Source: Vicugna vicugna
Lineage: Eukaryota
Assembly (NCBI GenBank): GCA_013265495.1
Contig: MU058213.1
Coordinates: 2,852,001-2,916,000, forward strand
Length of the DNA stretch: 64,000 bases
Direction of reading: 5' to 3'
This document shows, piece after piece, positions 51,540 to 64,000 of the stretch. The notes beneath the pieces were generated by a model that saw only the letters and a program-made list of their open reading frames with translations, had not been told where the DNA came from and searched no databases. Numbering within the stretch: the first letter of the stretch is position 1; each line of letters begins with the position of its first letter. Both the position numbers and the translations under genes were made by a program.

Positions 51540-52010
51540 CCTAATTATGCCATTATTCTTCCATTTCTCCCTCCAAGTCTACTCTCCACTCTTTTTTGTT
51601 CTGCTCTGCGCTTAGGGGGTCTGGTCTGGGTTCCCTTCCTTCAGAGTTCTGGTCAGGTTTGGCCTTGGGGAGCCCAGCAGGAGGTCAGAGAAATGAAGGA
51701 GGGTGAAGTAAGAATGTTTACTTTCCTGGATCCTTCCCCATGCAAGGCCACTTCAGGCTGAGGGCATCCGTCCACCCAACATCACAGTTCCCGTCAAAGC
51801 AGTCTTCACGTGACTCTTCTTCCAGGCTCTGGTAACATTCCCTCCCCTCACACCTTCAAGCCAAGGGGCAGTAACTTCCAGATGTCACCCACCTGATGTT
51901 TGGCACCATCTCTTGTGGTTTCTCAACACCCTGCTCCTAATTTTTTACATAATCCATGTATTAAACTCTCCTCAAATTGTCACCTATTGTTGCTGGGACC
52001 CTGACTGACA
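51540..52010 (+). mobile_element. LTR33-like ERVL LTR
   Basis: 'ttctggtcaggtttggccttggggagcccagcaggaggtcagag', 'attaaactctcctcaaatt', 'ctgggaccctgactgaca'. Confidence 0.7.
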
Positions 52011-52139
52011 GGTGAATTTCAGGGGGAAAAAAATTATGCCCTTTTAAGTAACTTTCCTGAAGGGTTTAATCACATGTAACATGAAATTTTATGGGGGGAA
52101 AATGGCCAATATCAGAGACATAAACAATGTTTTATAGCA

Positions 52140-52330
52140 ATGTATTCATTCAGTCTATAAATAACTGATAATATCTTAGTATGTACCAATCACTGTTCTA
52201 GATGTGGGGGATAAATCATTAAACAAATAGACAAAGCACCTCCTGCCCTAATGTACCTTCTTCCTTACGAAATTAGAAACAAACTCAAAAAAACAATGTT
52301 AGGCAGTTTAAGTGCTAGAAAAGAAAAGGT
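52140..52330 (-). mobile_element. L2 3' end fragment
   Basis: 'attcattcag...tatgtaccaatcactgttctagatgtgggggataaatc...aaatagacaaa'. Confidence 0.65.
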
Positions 52331-53889
52331 ATCATAACTGGATAGGAGGGCAATGGGATCTAAAGTGGAAAAGAAGGGAAGCAAGGCCTTTGAGGGAGTT
52401 GACCAATAGTTAAAAAGTGGTAAAGTCAACTGTAGGATGTTCTGGGGAGTCTAGTTATTGGAGAGGTCTTCTTAGACAGTAAGTTGGAAAAATAGGAGGT
52501 GATGGGCAGAGTGGGATGCTTTACACTGTTATGACAAAAGGGAGAGGTAGAAGTGGGGCTGGAAGACAGAAGCAACAGAGGTGAGGAATTCAAAGAACTG
52601 GGAGGCTATGACATTGGATGGATCATCCCTATGGATACTGAAATTCTGAAACATGGTAACAGTAGAAGTGGTAAAGAAAAGATAGTGAGTCAGGTGCTAA
52701 AGTCATCAAAACAAACAGGAAACCATCATAAGTTTCCTACAAGGAAGAGCAGACAATAAATTGATATTTCAAAGCTTTGAGAAGGAATCAGGGAGAAATG
52801 AGCCATGGTTGGAAAGCAGCATTAAACAAGCAGAACACTCCACCCACCTCCAAGACTAGGAGTACACAGGGTACGAAAAATAACAGGAAGCCACAGCTGA
52901 GAGCTTTGTGGAAGCGATCGCTGTATGATTCTCCTTATATCAATCTTCATAGTGGCGCAGGTGCGTTTATAACCATCAGGAGGAATTCCAAGCAGGATGT
53001 TCAGCTGCTACGTGGTAGATGAAGGTGTTGTGGAATTAAAGCATGGAAGAGGTGGAGGTAGGGGAGAATAACATTCGAAAAGCTATCTTCTACCTCATCA
53101 ATAAGCAGTTCACCGATCATCCCTTCTTCATAACCATGACAGACCCACTGTGTGCTCACTTGTCCTCAGCATCATCAAGGAGAGAGCCAAGTCCCTCCTG
53201 TAACACATCAACAGATATTTGAACTAAGGCCTCTGATTCTGCCTTGTACCCAATCAAACCCACGAACCCAAACTGTACAGTTCATTTTTTTCTGCCCATG
53301 CATAAAAGTGGCTTACCATCTGATTATTAACCCACCCTCATGCATCTTGGATTGCTATGCAAATTGCAAACTGGAAGGAGTAAGAACTTCATGGATCATA
53401 GTTACATAAAGCACAGGCTGCAATGATACCGTTTTAACATAGTTCATTCTCTAAAGAGAATAAAATGCTGAGCCACAGAAATAGCTTGATTAGGCTCAGC
53501 TTTCCTTGGAGGTAGGAGGAATGCTGTCAAGTATTCCTCAATAAAGTGTTGAAGTTCAGAGAAATCATGACCCACCTCCCAACTCTCTTGCTTGCTCTGA
53601 GGCGACCAAAGAGGCAGCCAGCTAATTTCAAGTGAACTCTGCTACAACAGTCTGCATGAGAACTTTGGGAAGCTCTGTTCTTTGCATTAATAGGCTCTAA
53701 GCCATAAGCTGTTGGCCAGTAATAAGTATAATTGTGCTGATCCATCCTCTCTCTTCTCCACACATACACAGAAACCCTTTTTAGAAAAAAAACAGATTAT
53801 CAGGTACAAGGGTGATAAGAGACCTTATAATAAGGTAAAGACACCATCCACATGGATACTGAAGCTCTGAGCAGGACATCATAAAAGCG

Positions 53890-54135
53890 TTATTAATAGC
53901 AACACTTATTGAGAACTTAACTTAGAACCAAATGCTGTTCTAAGTGCTTTGCATGCACTGACTCTCCCAATCCTTACAACAATCACAAGGCAGATATTAT
54001 TACCCCCATCTTACAGAAGGAAAGTGAGACACTAAGAGGAAAAGTCATTTGCCCACTGTTTTATGGCTAGTTCAGTGGTAGAATCAGGACTTGAACTTAG
54101 TCACTCTGGCTCCAGAGCCTAAAATTTATTCACCA
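53890..54135 (-). mobile_element. MIR SINE
   Basis: 'aacacttattgagaactta...tgttctaagtgctttgcatg...attattacccccatcttacaga'. Confidence 0.85.
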
Positions 54136-54419
54136 GGATGCTTTGTTACCCAAAACACGCACACACAAACACACACACCCCTCCCCCAATCAAGCCAACT
54201 ATATTTCCTGGCAGAAATCGTTTCCTTACCGCTTCACCGAGTTGTAGGACCACGTCTTAAAACAAGGGTAGGAAATCCTTTGCTGCCAGACAGGATGATA
54301 CTCTTACTTAATTTCACCCCAAAGTACTGTATGACATGGAAACAGCTGCAACTCAGGGAATAAATTTGGTCTTAGCAGAAAATTATCCTCCAGAACAGTT
54401 TGAAAGTTTAATGGTAATG

Positions 54420-54580
54420 ATATTCACTTGTCCTGCTTATTAAAAATGCATTTTCAGGAGACCCAGAGTCTGATTCACTGGATCCAGGATTGGGTCTGGT
54501 AATCTGTGTTTAACAAGCCTTCTCACCACCACCTCCAGGCAAACCTAGTGGAAGTGGCTCCCAGGCCACACTATGTCATG
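54420..54580. mobile_element. MER5-type fragment
   Basis: 'cccagagtctgattcactgg...aatctgtgtttaacaagc'. Confidence 0.55.
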
Positions 54581-55479
54581 TGTTGCTCTTGGGAAGAGAC
54601 AATTTGAATTAAGAATGAGAAGGGCAGAGTGGGGAAGTCACCCTTCCTTGATGGCTTTCAGATATAAGAAATGGGACTCAGAGCAATGAAGGTTGCCCGT
54701 TTTGCCACAGCCCCAATTAGTCTGTGATGGTGCTCAGTCTCCTTGGTTTTATCCACTTTTATTTTAAATATTTTGGGCTATTGAGTTCTCTTAAGTTTAT
54801 AGCATCTTCTATGTCCTTAAAACTGCTTTTTCTTGATGTGTAGCCACCATAGCTTTATTTTAGTTGAGGATACATCTGGTACATTTTATCCTTTCTTGAC
54901 AGGATAGAGATTTGCTTTAACCTCATCTAATGATCTCTGGTGATTTTACTCTCTACTGAAATCAGTAATTAATTACTTTGATTTACTTCTATCATATAAC
55001 TTGGTTCCCTATTTTGGTGGAGACTTCTCCTTGTTTCATTTCTCCTTGTGTAAGAGTGTTTTATTTGGCGATATAACCCCAGAAAACAAAGTAAAAACAA
55101 AGAAGGAAGGAGAACCAGAAGCAAGATCTGTAGAATGGGCTTCCACCAGCAGACTGGTTGCTCCATCCTATGAGATCCTCACAGAACTCATCTCAAGCCA
55201 TATAGCCAGTAGAAGGAGGAAAGCCCTTATCCCATTGGCTCCCCCCTACCCACAGCCTCAAGTTCAGCCACAATTCAAGCCCCTTTCCAAAGGTACTTGG
55301 TCACTGTCATCTGTAAAAATGCATTCCCAAACGCCAAGCCAGCCCCTCACTCTGCTGAGCTCTAAAATATCAAAAACCATCTATTGTCAGACAAGCAGCT
55401 TTCATATCTTCCTGATCAAGATGCCTTATTGACAGGGTCATGTTCACCTGATTCTGTTGACTTAATGCATCCTACTCAT

Positions 55480-55610
55480 AGGGTTTCTAGATCAAATAAA
55501 AACAGGGTTCCGAGTTAAATATACATCTCAGATAAACAGTATTTAAGTATGCCTCATGTAACATTTGGAACACAACTACCTACTAAAAAAAACAAATCCA
55601 TCTATGGAAA
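55480..55610. mobile_element. MER33-like (hAT-Charlie) fragment
   Basis: 'agttaaatatacatctcagataaacagtatttaagtatg...atttggaaca'. Confidence 0.55.
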
Positions 55611-56904
55611 AAAATACAAGTAATTGTTTTTTTTTTAGTAAGTCCAAACCACTTAGAAGGCATATTACCCGTGTATATTACTTTAACCAAATAAACTCCC
55701 CTTGTCTGTTAGCAATGTATTTTTCTTTCTATCAATACTACCAATATTTTCCATTGTCTTTAAGACAAAGCTCTAATCCTTAGTATGTTATACAAAGCCT
55801 ATTCTGATCCGGCCCCACTTCCATCCCCCAGTGTCATTCCTCACCTAGTCATACTCTCTTTTTTTGGACTACATGTAGTCTCCTGAATAGATACGCCACC
55901 CGCTATCCTCCTCAACCACAAATTACTCTCTTCAACTTAATTCCACCAACTCTCATGTCACCCAAAATTTGTTTAGAGTTAGAACACTATAGCCAAATTC
56001 TGCAGAGTTTACTGAATATATTATTCCTGACTCTGGTCCCCAAAAAAAAGCCATAAATTATGCGTAAGTCCTATTACGGATAGAAATGCAATTTTCCCAG
56101 GAAAACAAGTATATTTCCTTCTTTAAATGAAACTTAGAGCCACACTGAATTTTTTCACTATTGGCCTCATGAAAAAGATTGTTACCCTTGAACTATCACG
56201 AATTTACTCTTTCTTTCTCTCCCATAGCTTGGAAGATCAAATTCTCTGCAGGATGACTGTCTTGGGTGAGGGTGGCAGTGAATGGATACGATGGAATTAA
56301 ATTCTGCTCATTTCTCTCCCCAGACTGCATTGGAAAAAGGATTGCTAGCCTCTCCATCATAAAAGTCATTAGTTCACTGGGGCCAGCATGGACAGGATAA
56401 AACCAGAGCAGCACAAAGCCCTCCTGAGGTAAGGATTTAATGAGAAGAGGAGACACATCAGCCATCCTTGAGCATTCATTCATCACTTATACTTCTCTAA
56501 AACCCCAAGATGGTTATGTCAAACCCCAGTTCCCTCATATCCTTATTTCAAGACCTCTGGAAGTTAAAGGCAGAAGACTGACCTGGAGGGGTGGTAGTAG
56601 CAAACAGGGGTTTTATGGTGTTTGGGGCTCTCTCCCACTTCTCCCCTCTTCTCCTTTCAATTCACAGGGCAGGATGTAGATTAGGACTTGGCCTTCGATC
56701 CTTCTCCAGTGTACATGATTATACATCATATTCAATATCCATAGGAGACCATGAGATCATAAGTGAAAGGCAACATCAGACTGAAGACAGCAAAATAAAC
56801 TTTAAAGACACCAGTATATACTATCAGAAACAAAACTATTAGGACTGATAATTATTTTAAATAGGCCTAATAAATATGCTTAGAGTGATAAGGAAAGATA
56901 TTAT

Positions 56905-58451
56905 GTGAAGACTACTAAAACGTCAATCCTATCCCAAGAGATTTACACATCCAATGCAATTTTATCAAAATCCCAATGGATTTTTTTAAACAGAAATAGG
57001 GCAACAATCCTAAAATTCACATGTAGAACCACACAAGATCCCGAATAGACAAAGCAACCTTGAGAAAGGAGAATAAGGGTGGAGGCATCACACTTCATAA
57101 TATCAAACAATATTACAAAGCTACAGTAATCAAAACAGTTTTGTATATGCAGACATATAGACCCAGGGAACAGAATAAAGATGTAAGAAATACCACACGT
57201 ATATAGTAAATTCACCGTTGACAAGGGTCCCAGAAACGCACAATGGGGAAAGGACAGTCTTTCCAATACGTGGTGCTGGGAAAACTGGATTTTCACATGC
57301 GAAAGAATGCAACTGGACCTCTACCTTACACCATATACAAATATCAGCTCATATAGATTAAAGATTCATATATAATGTTTAAATCTACAAAATTCCCAGG
57401 ATAAAACATAAGGGGAAGCTTCATGACATTGGCCTTGTAATTATTTCTTTGATATGACACTGGAAACACAAACAAAAAGCAAACATAAGTGGGGCTACAA
57501 AACTAAAAAGCATCTACATAGCTAAAGAAATTAGAGTCAAAGGCAACTTACAAAAAGGAAGAAAGTATTTGTAAACTGTATCAGATAAGGAGTTAAAATT
57601 AATCCAAAATATCAGGAACTCCTACAACTCATTAGCAAAAAAAATACATAAAATCCAAGCAATTTGATATTTTTAAAATGGACATTTTTCCAAAAACAAC
57701 ATATAAATAGTGATACATAAAAAGATGCTTAACATGAAGGAAATGTAAATCAAAACCACAATGAGTTACCACCTCACTCTTGTTACCATGGTTATTATCC
57801 CCCCAAAAAAGGGGGGGGGGAGGATAGGTCCTGGCCAGGATAGGAAGAAATGATAAGTTTTACACACTGTTAGTGGGAATGCAAAATGGTGCAGCCACTA
57901 CAGAAAACAATACGACGGTTTCTTTGAAAACAAAAATGGACCTACCTATCCCACTTCTGGGTATGTATCTAAAAGAACTGAAATCAAGATGTCCAAAGGC
58001 ATTCCCACATTCACTGCAACATTATTCACAATAACCAAAATACCAGAACCACTTTAATGTCCAACAACAAATGAACAGATCAAAAAATGTGGTATATACA
58101 CACAATGGCATATTATTCAGCCTTGAAAAGAAACCCTGCTGTATGTAACAATATGAATAAACCTGAAGGACATCACACTAAGTGGAATAAACCAGTCACA
58201 GAAATACAAGTATTGCACTATTCTACTTATGAGTTATCCAAAATGTTCAGATTCACAGACACAGAATACAATGGTGGTTTTGGGGGAAATGGAGAGTTGC
58301 TGTTTAACAGGCACCAAGTTGCAGTCATTCAAAATGAGTAAGTTCTAGTGATCTGCTGTACAACATCATGCCTGTAATTAATACTATATCGCACACAAAA
58401 ACTTATCAGGGTAGTTCTCCTGTTAGGAGATTTTACCACAATAAAAAAAAA
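56905..58451 (+). mobile_element. L1MA-type 5'-truncated L1 (degenerate ORF2 C-terminus and 3' UTR)
   Basis: 'ggaggcatcacactt', 'tggtgctgggaaaactggat', 'aatgtggtatatacacacaatgg', ends 'caccacaataaaaaaaa'-like at 58436-58451. Confidence 0.9.
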
Positions 58452-58454
58452 GCT

Positions 58455-60700
58455 GGTGAAACTTTTAAAGTCAAAACATTTGGATTAAGTAGTATGGCAA
58501 AAGTTAAAGACTTAGAGTTTTAAGTTCAGACTGAAGCACTCAGAACACAACAAAAAAATATGAGAAAGTTTTCCCAAAAAAGCATACAGAAGACAGATGA
58601 AGTGCCAATAACTGGCTGAGAGGAAAAAAAAATCATCTCAATAGAAGCAAAACTATTTTGGCTAAAACTGGAACATTCATTCATGAATTCAAAACAAAAC
58701 ACTAGCCAACTCAGGAATAAAGAAGAATCTCCCAAGTCTAAGTATCTACAGAAAATCTGCAGAAAACTTTGAGGAGGAAGAGGATGAAAAGTCAGACAGA
58801 GAAGCTTATTAGAATGAAGATATTCAGTAAGATTGGATTCAAAAATCTGCCTACCTCCCCCCCAAAAATCAGTACCATTTCTCTAAACCTGAGATAACCA
58901 TCTAGGAAACATAAAAATAGCTATTTTAGTTATTTTTAATAGCAACAAAAGCAATAAATTCCCCAGGCATTAGGTTAAAGAAGGTAAATCCTCTATGGAG
59001 AAAAATTTTTAAAACCTAGTAAGAGACAAAAGTGACTGATACAAATAAATGGAGATTTCCATAATCACAGGTGAGAGGATTCATTATGAGATACCAGTTC
59101 ATCCCTCAGATTAATCAAATTTAATGTAACCCTAATCCAGACTCCAGCTGGATTCATTTATTTTAAAATGCGTATGAAAATAAAGGTACAAACAGCCTTG
59201 AAAAGGAACAACTAAGAAAATTTTATGATGTTATACCACAGACATGAAGATATACCATAAACACTAATAAGAACTAGTATAGTACTAGTACAAAAACAAA
59301 CATCCTAATAGGATGGTGTAAACAGATAAAATGCGTATGAAAATAAAGGTACAAACAGCCTTGTAAAGGAACAAGAAAATTTTATGATGTTATACCACAG
59401 ACATGAAGATATACCATAAACACTAATAAGAACTAGTATAGTACTAGCACAAAAACAAACATCCTAATAGGATGGTGTAAACAGCTGAGATAGGCTCATT
59501 TACATATGGGAAGTTAATATGTAATTAAAAAATGGTACAATTCAGGGGTGAAAGGAGGACTTAGATAGGGCTGGGAAAACTGGTTCATGTATTGAGAAAA
59601 ATTAAAATGGATTCTTAACTTAAATCAAAAGGGTAAACTCCAAATGGAATACAGACCTAAACATGGAAGGTAGACTAAAATCAACAAAAGAAAACACAGA
59701 AAGATAGCCTCAAGATAAAGGCAGGGAAGAATTTCCTAGAACAACAGAAACAAAAATCACAAGGAAAAAAAACTGCTGAATTTGTACCAAAATTAAGACT
59801 TTCTATTCAAAGGCACTCTGGGAAGATCTGAATAGATGACAAATCTGAAGAAGACACTACCAACATACTAACTTAACAAGGGCAAACTATTTATAAAATG
59901 AAGAAATTCCTGTAAATCACTATGATAAAAGTCCACTGGGAAAATGGGCCAAGGATATCAATAATTCATAGAACAAAGAACCCCAAAAGCTATTAAGCAT
60001 GTAAAAAGATGGTCATACCTATTAGTAATTAGACAATGCAAACTAAATAATGCAACATCATTTGATGACTAATAACCTGCGAAAAAAATTGCTAGAGAAT
60101 GCCAAGCGTTCCTGGTGAGTGGACAGATTGATCTCTAGAATGTCTGTAACCAATTTGGAAGCACTTAATCAAGTGAAGAAATTACATACTCTTTAACCTA
60201 AATTCGCACATCTGAGCATGTATCACTAAGAAATTCTCACACAGGTCATGAGGGGGCATGTATACACGTGTTTATTGAGGTTCTATTTGTGATGGGATGC
60301 AAATGAAGGAATTCAACCATCTCCCTAGCTCCACCAGGGAAAATGGATACACAAAGTATGAGATACACTACAGTGTACCATGAAGTAGTCAGAAGTAATA
60401 GACTACATGTATCCACAACCACAAAGGTAAGTCACCAAAAAACAGTGTTAAGAAATAGACAAAATACTATAAAAAATATCATTTCTGTAAATTAAGCCTG
60501 GAATTTGCTTCACAATAATCTGGGCAAGGTGGAGATGAGTGGTGAGAAGTTATAGATAATAAACTCATGGCCCAGATTGTTTTATCAAAGTTGGTAACGA
60601 GTACAAAAAGTTTATTACCATTTTCTCTTCTTTCGTATACTTAACTTTCTGTGTAATTTTAAAATGTATACAAAATACTACTTTGACCCTCTAAAAGAGA
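58455..60700 (+). mobile_element. Very old L1 (L1ME-like) remnant
   Basis: 'catctcaatagaagcaaaa', 'aataaatggagattt', 'gctgggaaaactgg', 'aaaatgggccaaggatat'. Confidence 0.65.
59164..59484. repeat. Tandem duplication of about 160 bp
   Basis: Copy 1 at 59164-59325 and copy 2 at 59327-59484 differ by two substitutions and one 4-bp indel. Confidence 0.95.
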
Positions 60701-61532
60701 AGGTACATAAAATGCACCAGAATAGCCACCTGACAGAGTAGAAGCGGGAGGGGTAGGAAAGAGAACATGAAAGGAAAAACAAGAGGCCTTAAGTGGGCCA
60801 ATGATAATACAAGTGTAACACTTCCTGTTAATCAGGGTATTGCCAACAATTTTTTCACATCAGAGAAGTTTCCAGGTCTGCACTAGTAAAAGGCAATTGC
60901 TGCATACCCCATCAATTGGTAGTCATTGCTTTCAGTTGTCAAAGCAAACTAAGACCAAATGATGTTCCTTAACTCAAAAATTGATTCAATACCATGACCC
61001 TCCCTATAACGAGACTATTTCTCAGAAGGCTCCTCTTAGCACCTATTTCACTATTCACTTATAATGACTGTTTACTATTTACTTATTTCTAAATTAATGG
61101 TTCACTTCTTCCTTCTCATCATGATTTTCAGACCTCAATACTTAAGCACTGACCCCCCTCTTCCTATGGAACTCATCTTTTGCCTCTCTTAAAACACCAC
61201 CCAGTGCCACCTTGAACAATACTAGATTAAGGGAATAGAAATAACTATTTATTACAAGGAAAGCATAACTAATTTTATTTCTCCTTTTTCTAGTATGTCT
61301 TTTAATCTTGAGGCCACCTATGTGCTACTGAGGGAAGTAAACTGAACAGGGCATATAATCACGCTCCACTGAATCCAAAACCAACCTCCAGATAGTATGC
61401 CAGTTTCACTTTTTGTTTCCCCATTATCTGCTAATGGGGAAAGACAGTAAGGACAGCAGTTATTTTGGGTCTCCCAGCAAATGGGTCCTAAGAGAGAAAA
61501 TGTGGCGGGAATGAAAGGTAGTACAGTCATTA

Positions 61533-61730
61533 GATCAAGCTAGGCATTCTCAACATTAGCCTGTACCAGAATCACCTGAAGATCTTGTTAAATCAGAGTG
61601 CGGGGGCACTGCGTCCCGAGTTTGATTCAGTACGCCTGAGCAAGACACAGAAACACTGTTCCAGCAAGTCCCCAGGTGTTAGTGATGACAACGGTGGTGG
61701 TGGTGGTGATATTCAGAGTGGAGGCTTTCA
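61533..61730. mobile_element. MER5A-type fragment
   Basis: 'ttctcaacattagcctgtaccagaatcacctgaagatcttgttaaa...tgattcagta...caagtccccaggtg'. Confidence 0.7.
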
Positions 61731-62621
61731 AATCGCCCCAGCCCACATCCAGGACCCAAACCCCTGACCACCAGAGCACACTGCCTACCACATGGAGATG
61801 GTTTTGCTGAAAGCATTCTTCCAAACTACCAAAAACATGTCTAATTTGTAGAAGGACTTAGTTCATAAATTTAGAAAAGTGGTCATGGTAACCTAGCAAG
61901 TGTTATTTAGTATAAGATAAAAAGGAAGCACTGTTTCACTTCTTATAAGAATACTGCCCACCTACTCCTTAGTTTATGAATTTCTCATTCTAGGATCGTT
62001 CAAGTATGTTAGAAAAAAAACTGTTTTCAATACCTGGACAAACAGCCCCTCAGTAGTCCTTGTTACAAGCGACTCTGGTTCTCAGCGCTGCCTGCATTTC
62101 AAAATCAACGATTAAAAAATCCCAGTGCCAGGCCTTCATACTGGACTACTTAACTCAGATTCTCTAAAAGTGAACCCAAGAGTGGTTCGTATAACCCAAA
62201 TGTGCAGATAGGATTGATAAAATCCACCAAACTAATCACTTTAAGTTACAAGCACTCACTTAGATAGTCAACCACGATACCAACAGCAAGTAACAAAAAA
62301 CATTGCTTCAGAAGTGGCATAAATAAGGGAATTTATCAACTTACCCACTCACAAGTTCCTAAGGCAGCTTTCTGTAATCCAGGCTGTATATCCAGGTTAT
62401 AGCCATACATCTCCGAAGTTCTGCCACTCCTGCTCCAACCGACGTCTTCCTCCTCAGGCTGCGAATAAGATGGTTTATAGCCACGTCAGCCCCACGCACT
62501 CACGCACACCCAGGTGCTGCTAGTTTACAGAACCGAAACCTTTCCCACTACACACAACGTACTCATGGCTAATTGTACGAGCTAGCAGTCGTAATTGAAT
62601 TACCCAGATCAGCTGAGGCTG

Positions 62622-62785
62622 ATGGTCCTCAAACTTGAGTGAGCTTTAAAATTACCTTGAGAGCCTGTTAAATCACGGATCACTACCCTACCCCTACAGT
62701 TTCGTATTCTCTTCTTCTAAGGTAGGGCCCGAGTATTTTCATACTTAGTTCTCAAAGTGGTTTTTGATGCACTTTGAGAACCATT
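62622..62785. mobile_element. MER5A-type fragment
   Basis: 'ggtcctcaaacttgagtgag...gcctgttaaa...cactttgagaacca'. Confidence 0.65.
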
Positions 62786-62875
62786 TAGAGAACCTGCTGA
62801 CAATATAAGCAGCTTTCCTTAAAACACTTGGCTATTTTAAAGAGTAAACAGTTACGGTTTTTTAAAGTATGTCCA

Positions 62876-63746
62876 TGTTCGCAGCCTTAAGTGAGTAGGC
62901 CCTGAGGCCCAGGCCAAAGTTCACAATAGCTTGCACCTGGACAGAGGTAAATGTACGCATGCGCCAGTGGCGTGAGTCAGCATTATGAACACTACGCATG
63001 CACCACTAGCATTACTAAAAGGACAAGTGCGTACACCTGAGCACGCTGCCAGGCCGAGTGCACCACTCACTTGTACTGCAATAAAGTGCTGTTTTGCTCC
63101 AAGTCAGCTCCTGGCACCTTCTTCCAGTTGGGCAGCTCATCTCCTCGAATCCCTCTTCACCCTCCCATGGCTGACAGTCCACAAGTTGTGTGATACTCCT
63201 TTTGAGGCGGGAAGCCCCATAAAAAGGCCGGCAGGAACCCCAGGCAGGGCCACCACTCTCCTGCCAGCATCGTCTGGTTCCCTGGCCCAGAGGCTCTCAG
63301 TTTTTGCCTCTAAACCGGATAACTTACACCTAAAATTCTATTGGTTCCCTGAGCTCACTTCTGATTGGTTACTTCCTTCACTTCTGCTTGGTTATTACTC
63401 TCATTTCTGATTGGTCCACTTCCCTAACTTCTGATTGGTCCATTTGTAGTACTTCATTTGCATGGAGCTCACTCCTGATTGGTTATTTCTCTCACTCCTG
63501 ATTGGTCTATTTCTACAAAGCTTGTCCCTGGTTGGTCAACTTCTGTTGTACTTTATTTGCAGATGATGTTGCAAAGTGTAAACTGGCAGCCTATAAAGAC
63601 CTGTATAAACCGAAAGACAGGGTCCAGAGCTTTAAGTGTTAACTCCTCTGGGCCTGCTGGCGTAATAAATCTGAGTTCTCCAACTCTCCGAGTGATGCTT
63701 GGTCTCTCGCCCGGATCCAGGTTGCTGTCACAACTGAGCTGTAACA
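62876..63746 (+). mobile_element. ERV1-type solo LTR (871 bp) with a CCAAT-box repeat array
   Basis: TG...CA ends (tgttcgcagcc ... gagctgtaaca), repeated ctgattggt units, TATA-like cctataaag near 63590, aataaa at 63664; it interrupts an MLT1 element. Confidence 0.75.
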
Positions 63747-64000
63747 CATTTTTTCACAACACTTTCCCTTCCTTTGACTGTGGGCTGGACTTAGTGGCTC
63801 ACTTCTAACAAATAGGATCCAGTAGAAGTGATGGTATGACTTAAACAGTAGGTCATAAAACACATCACAGATTCCATCTTAGCCAGTCTCTCTGTTGAAT
63901 CATTCTCTCCAAAGGAAACAAACAGCCATGTCATGAGGACACTCTGGAGACACATGGTAAAGAACCGAGGTCTCTGGCCAATAGTGAGTTAGTCCTCTTG
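63747..64000 (+). mobile_element. MLT1F/G-like MaLR LTR; its 5' end lies at about 62851-62875, before the ERV1 LTR
   Basis: 'tttaaagtatgtcca' before the insertion; 'tgtgggctggacttagtggctcacttctaacaaatag...taggtcataaaa' after it. Confidence 0.75.

Noticed and set aside
55001..55432. 143-aa ORF
   Set aside because: Non-ATG start, no recognisable domain, no splice context.
57796..57826. C6-A6-G10 hairpin or G-quadruplex
   Set aside because: Homopolymer slippage within an L1 A-tract; no sign of function.
62985..63410. 141-aa ORF
   Set aside because: Lies wholly within an LTR and shows no gag/pol/env similarity.
63340..63540. CRISPR-like array
   Set aside because: Eukaryotic LTR tandem units with degenerate repeats, no unique spacers and no cas genes.

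Overview
Mammalian nuclear DNA, AT-rich and CpG-depleted, with one assembly gap (N at 13726-14171). A tRNA-Ala(AGC)-derived Vic-1-type SINE, and the apparent absence of Alu, Bov-tA, PRE1, SINEC and B1/B2 SINEs, point to a camelid (inference). I find no recognisable host protein-coding exon, RNA gene or CpG-island promoter. The window reads as intronic or intergenic sequence densely filled with transposable elements: L1 of several ages, L2, MIR, ERV1/ERVL/MaLR solo LTRs and Tigger/Charlie DNA transposons, often nested. The only ORF with a recognisable protein is the C-terminal part of a young L1 ORF2 (13029-13725). The best items for follow-up are: a 126-bp insertion of unknown origin flanked by 14-bp target-site duplications (8838-8963); a multi-hairpin non-repeat element followed by a strong splice acceptor (21.3-22.1 kb); a CCAAT-array ERV LTR (62876-63746); a CTCF/ETS-containing, CpG-retaining interval (36.9-40 kb); a recent ~160-bp tandem duplication; and several microexon-like splice-site pairs. 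I see no convincing evidence of a previously undescribed biological system. Repeat family names are by-eye recognition, and boundaries are approximate unless TSDs are quoted.
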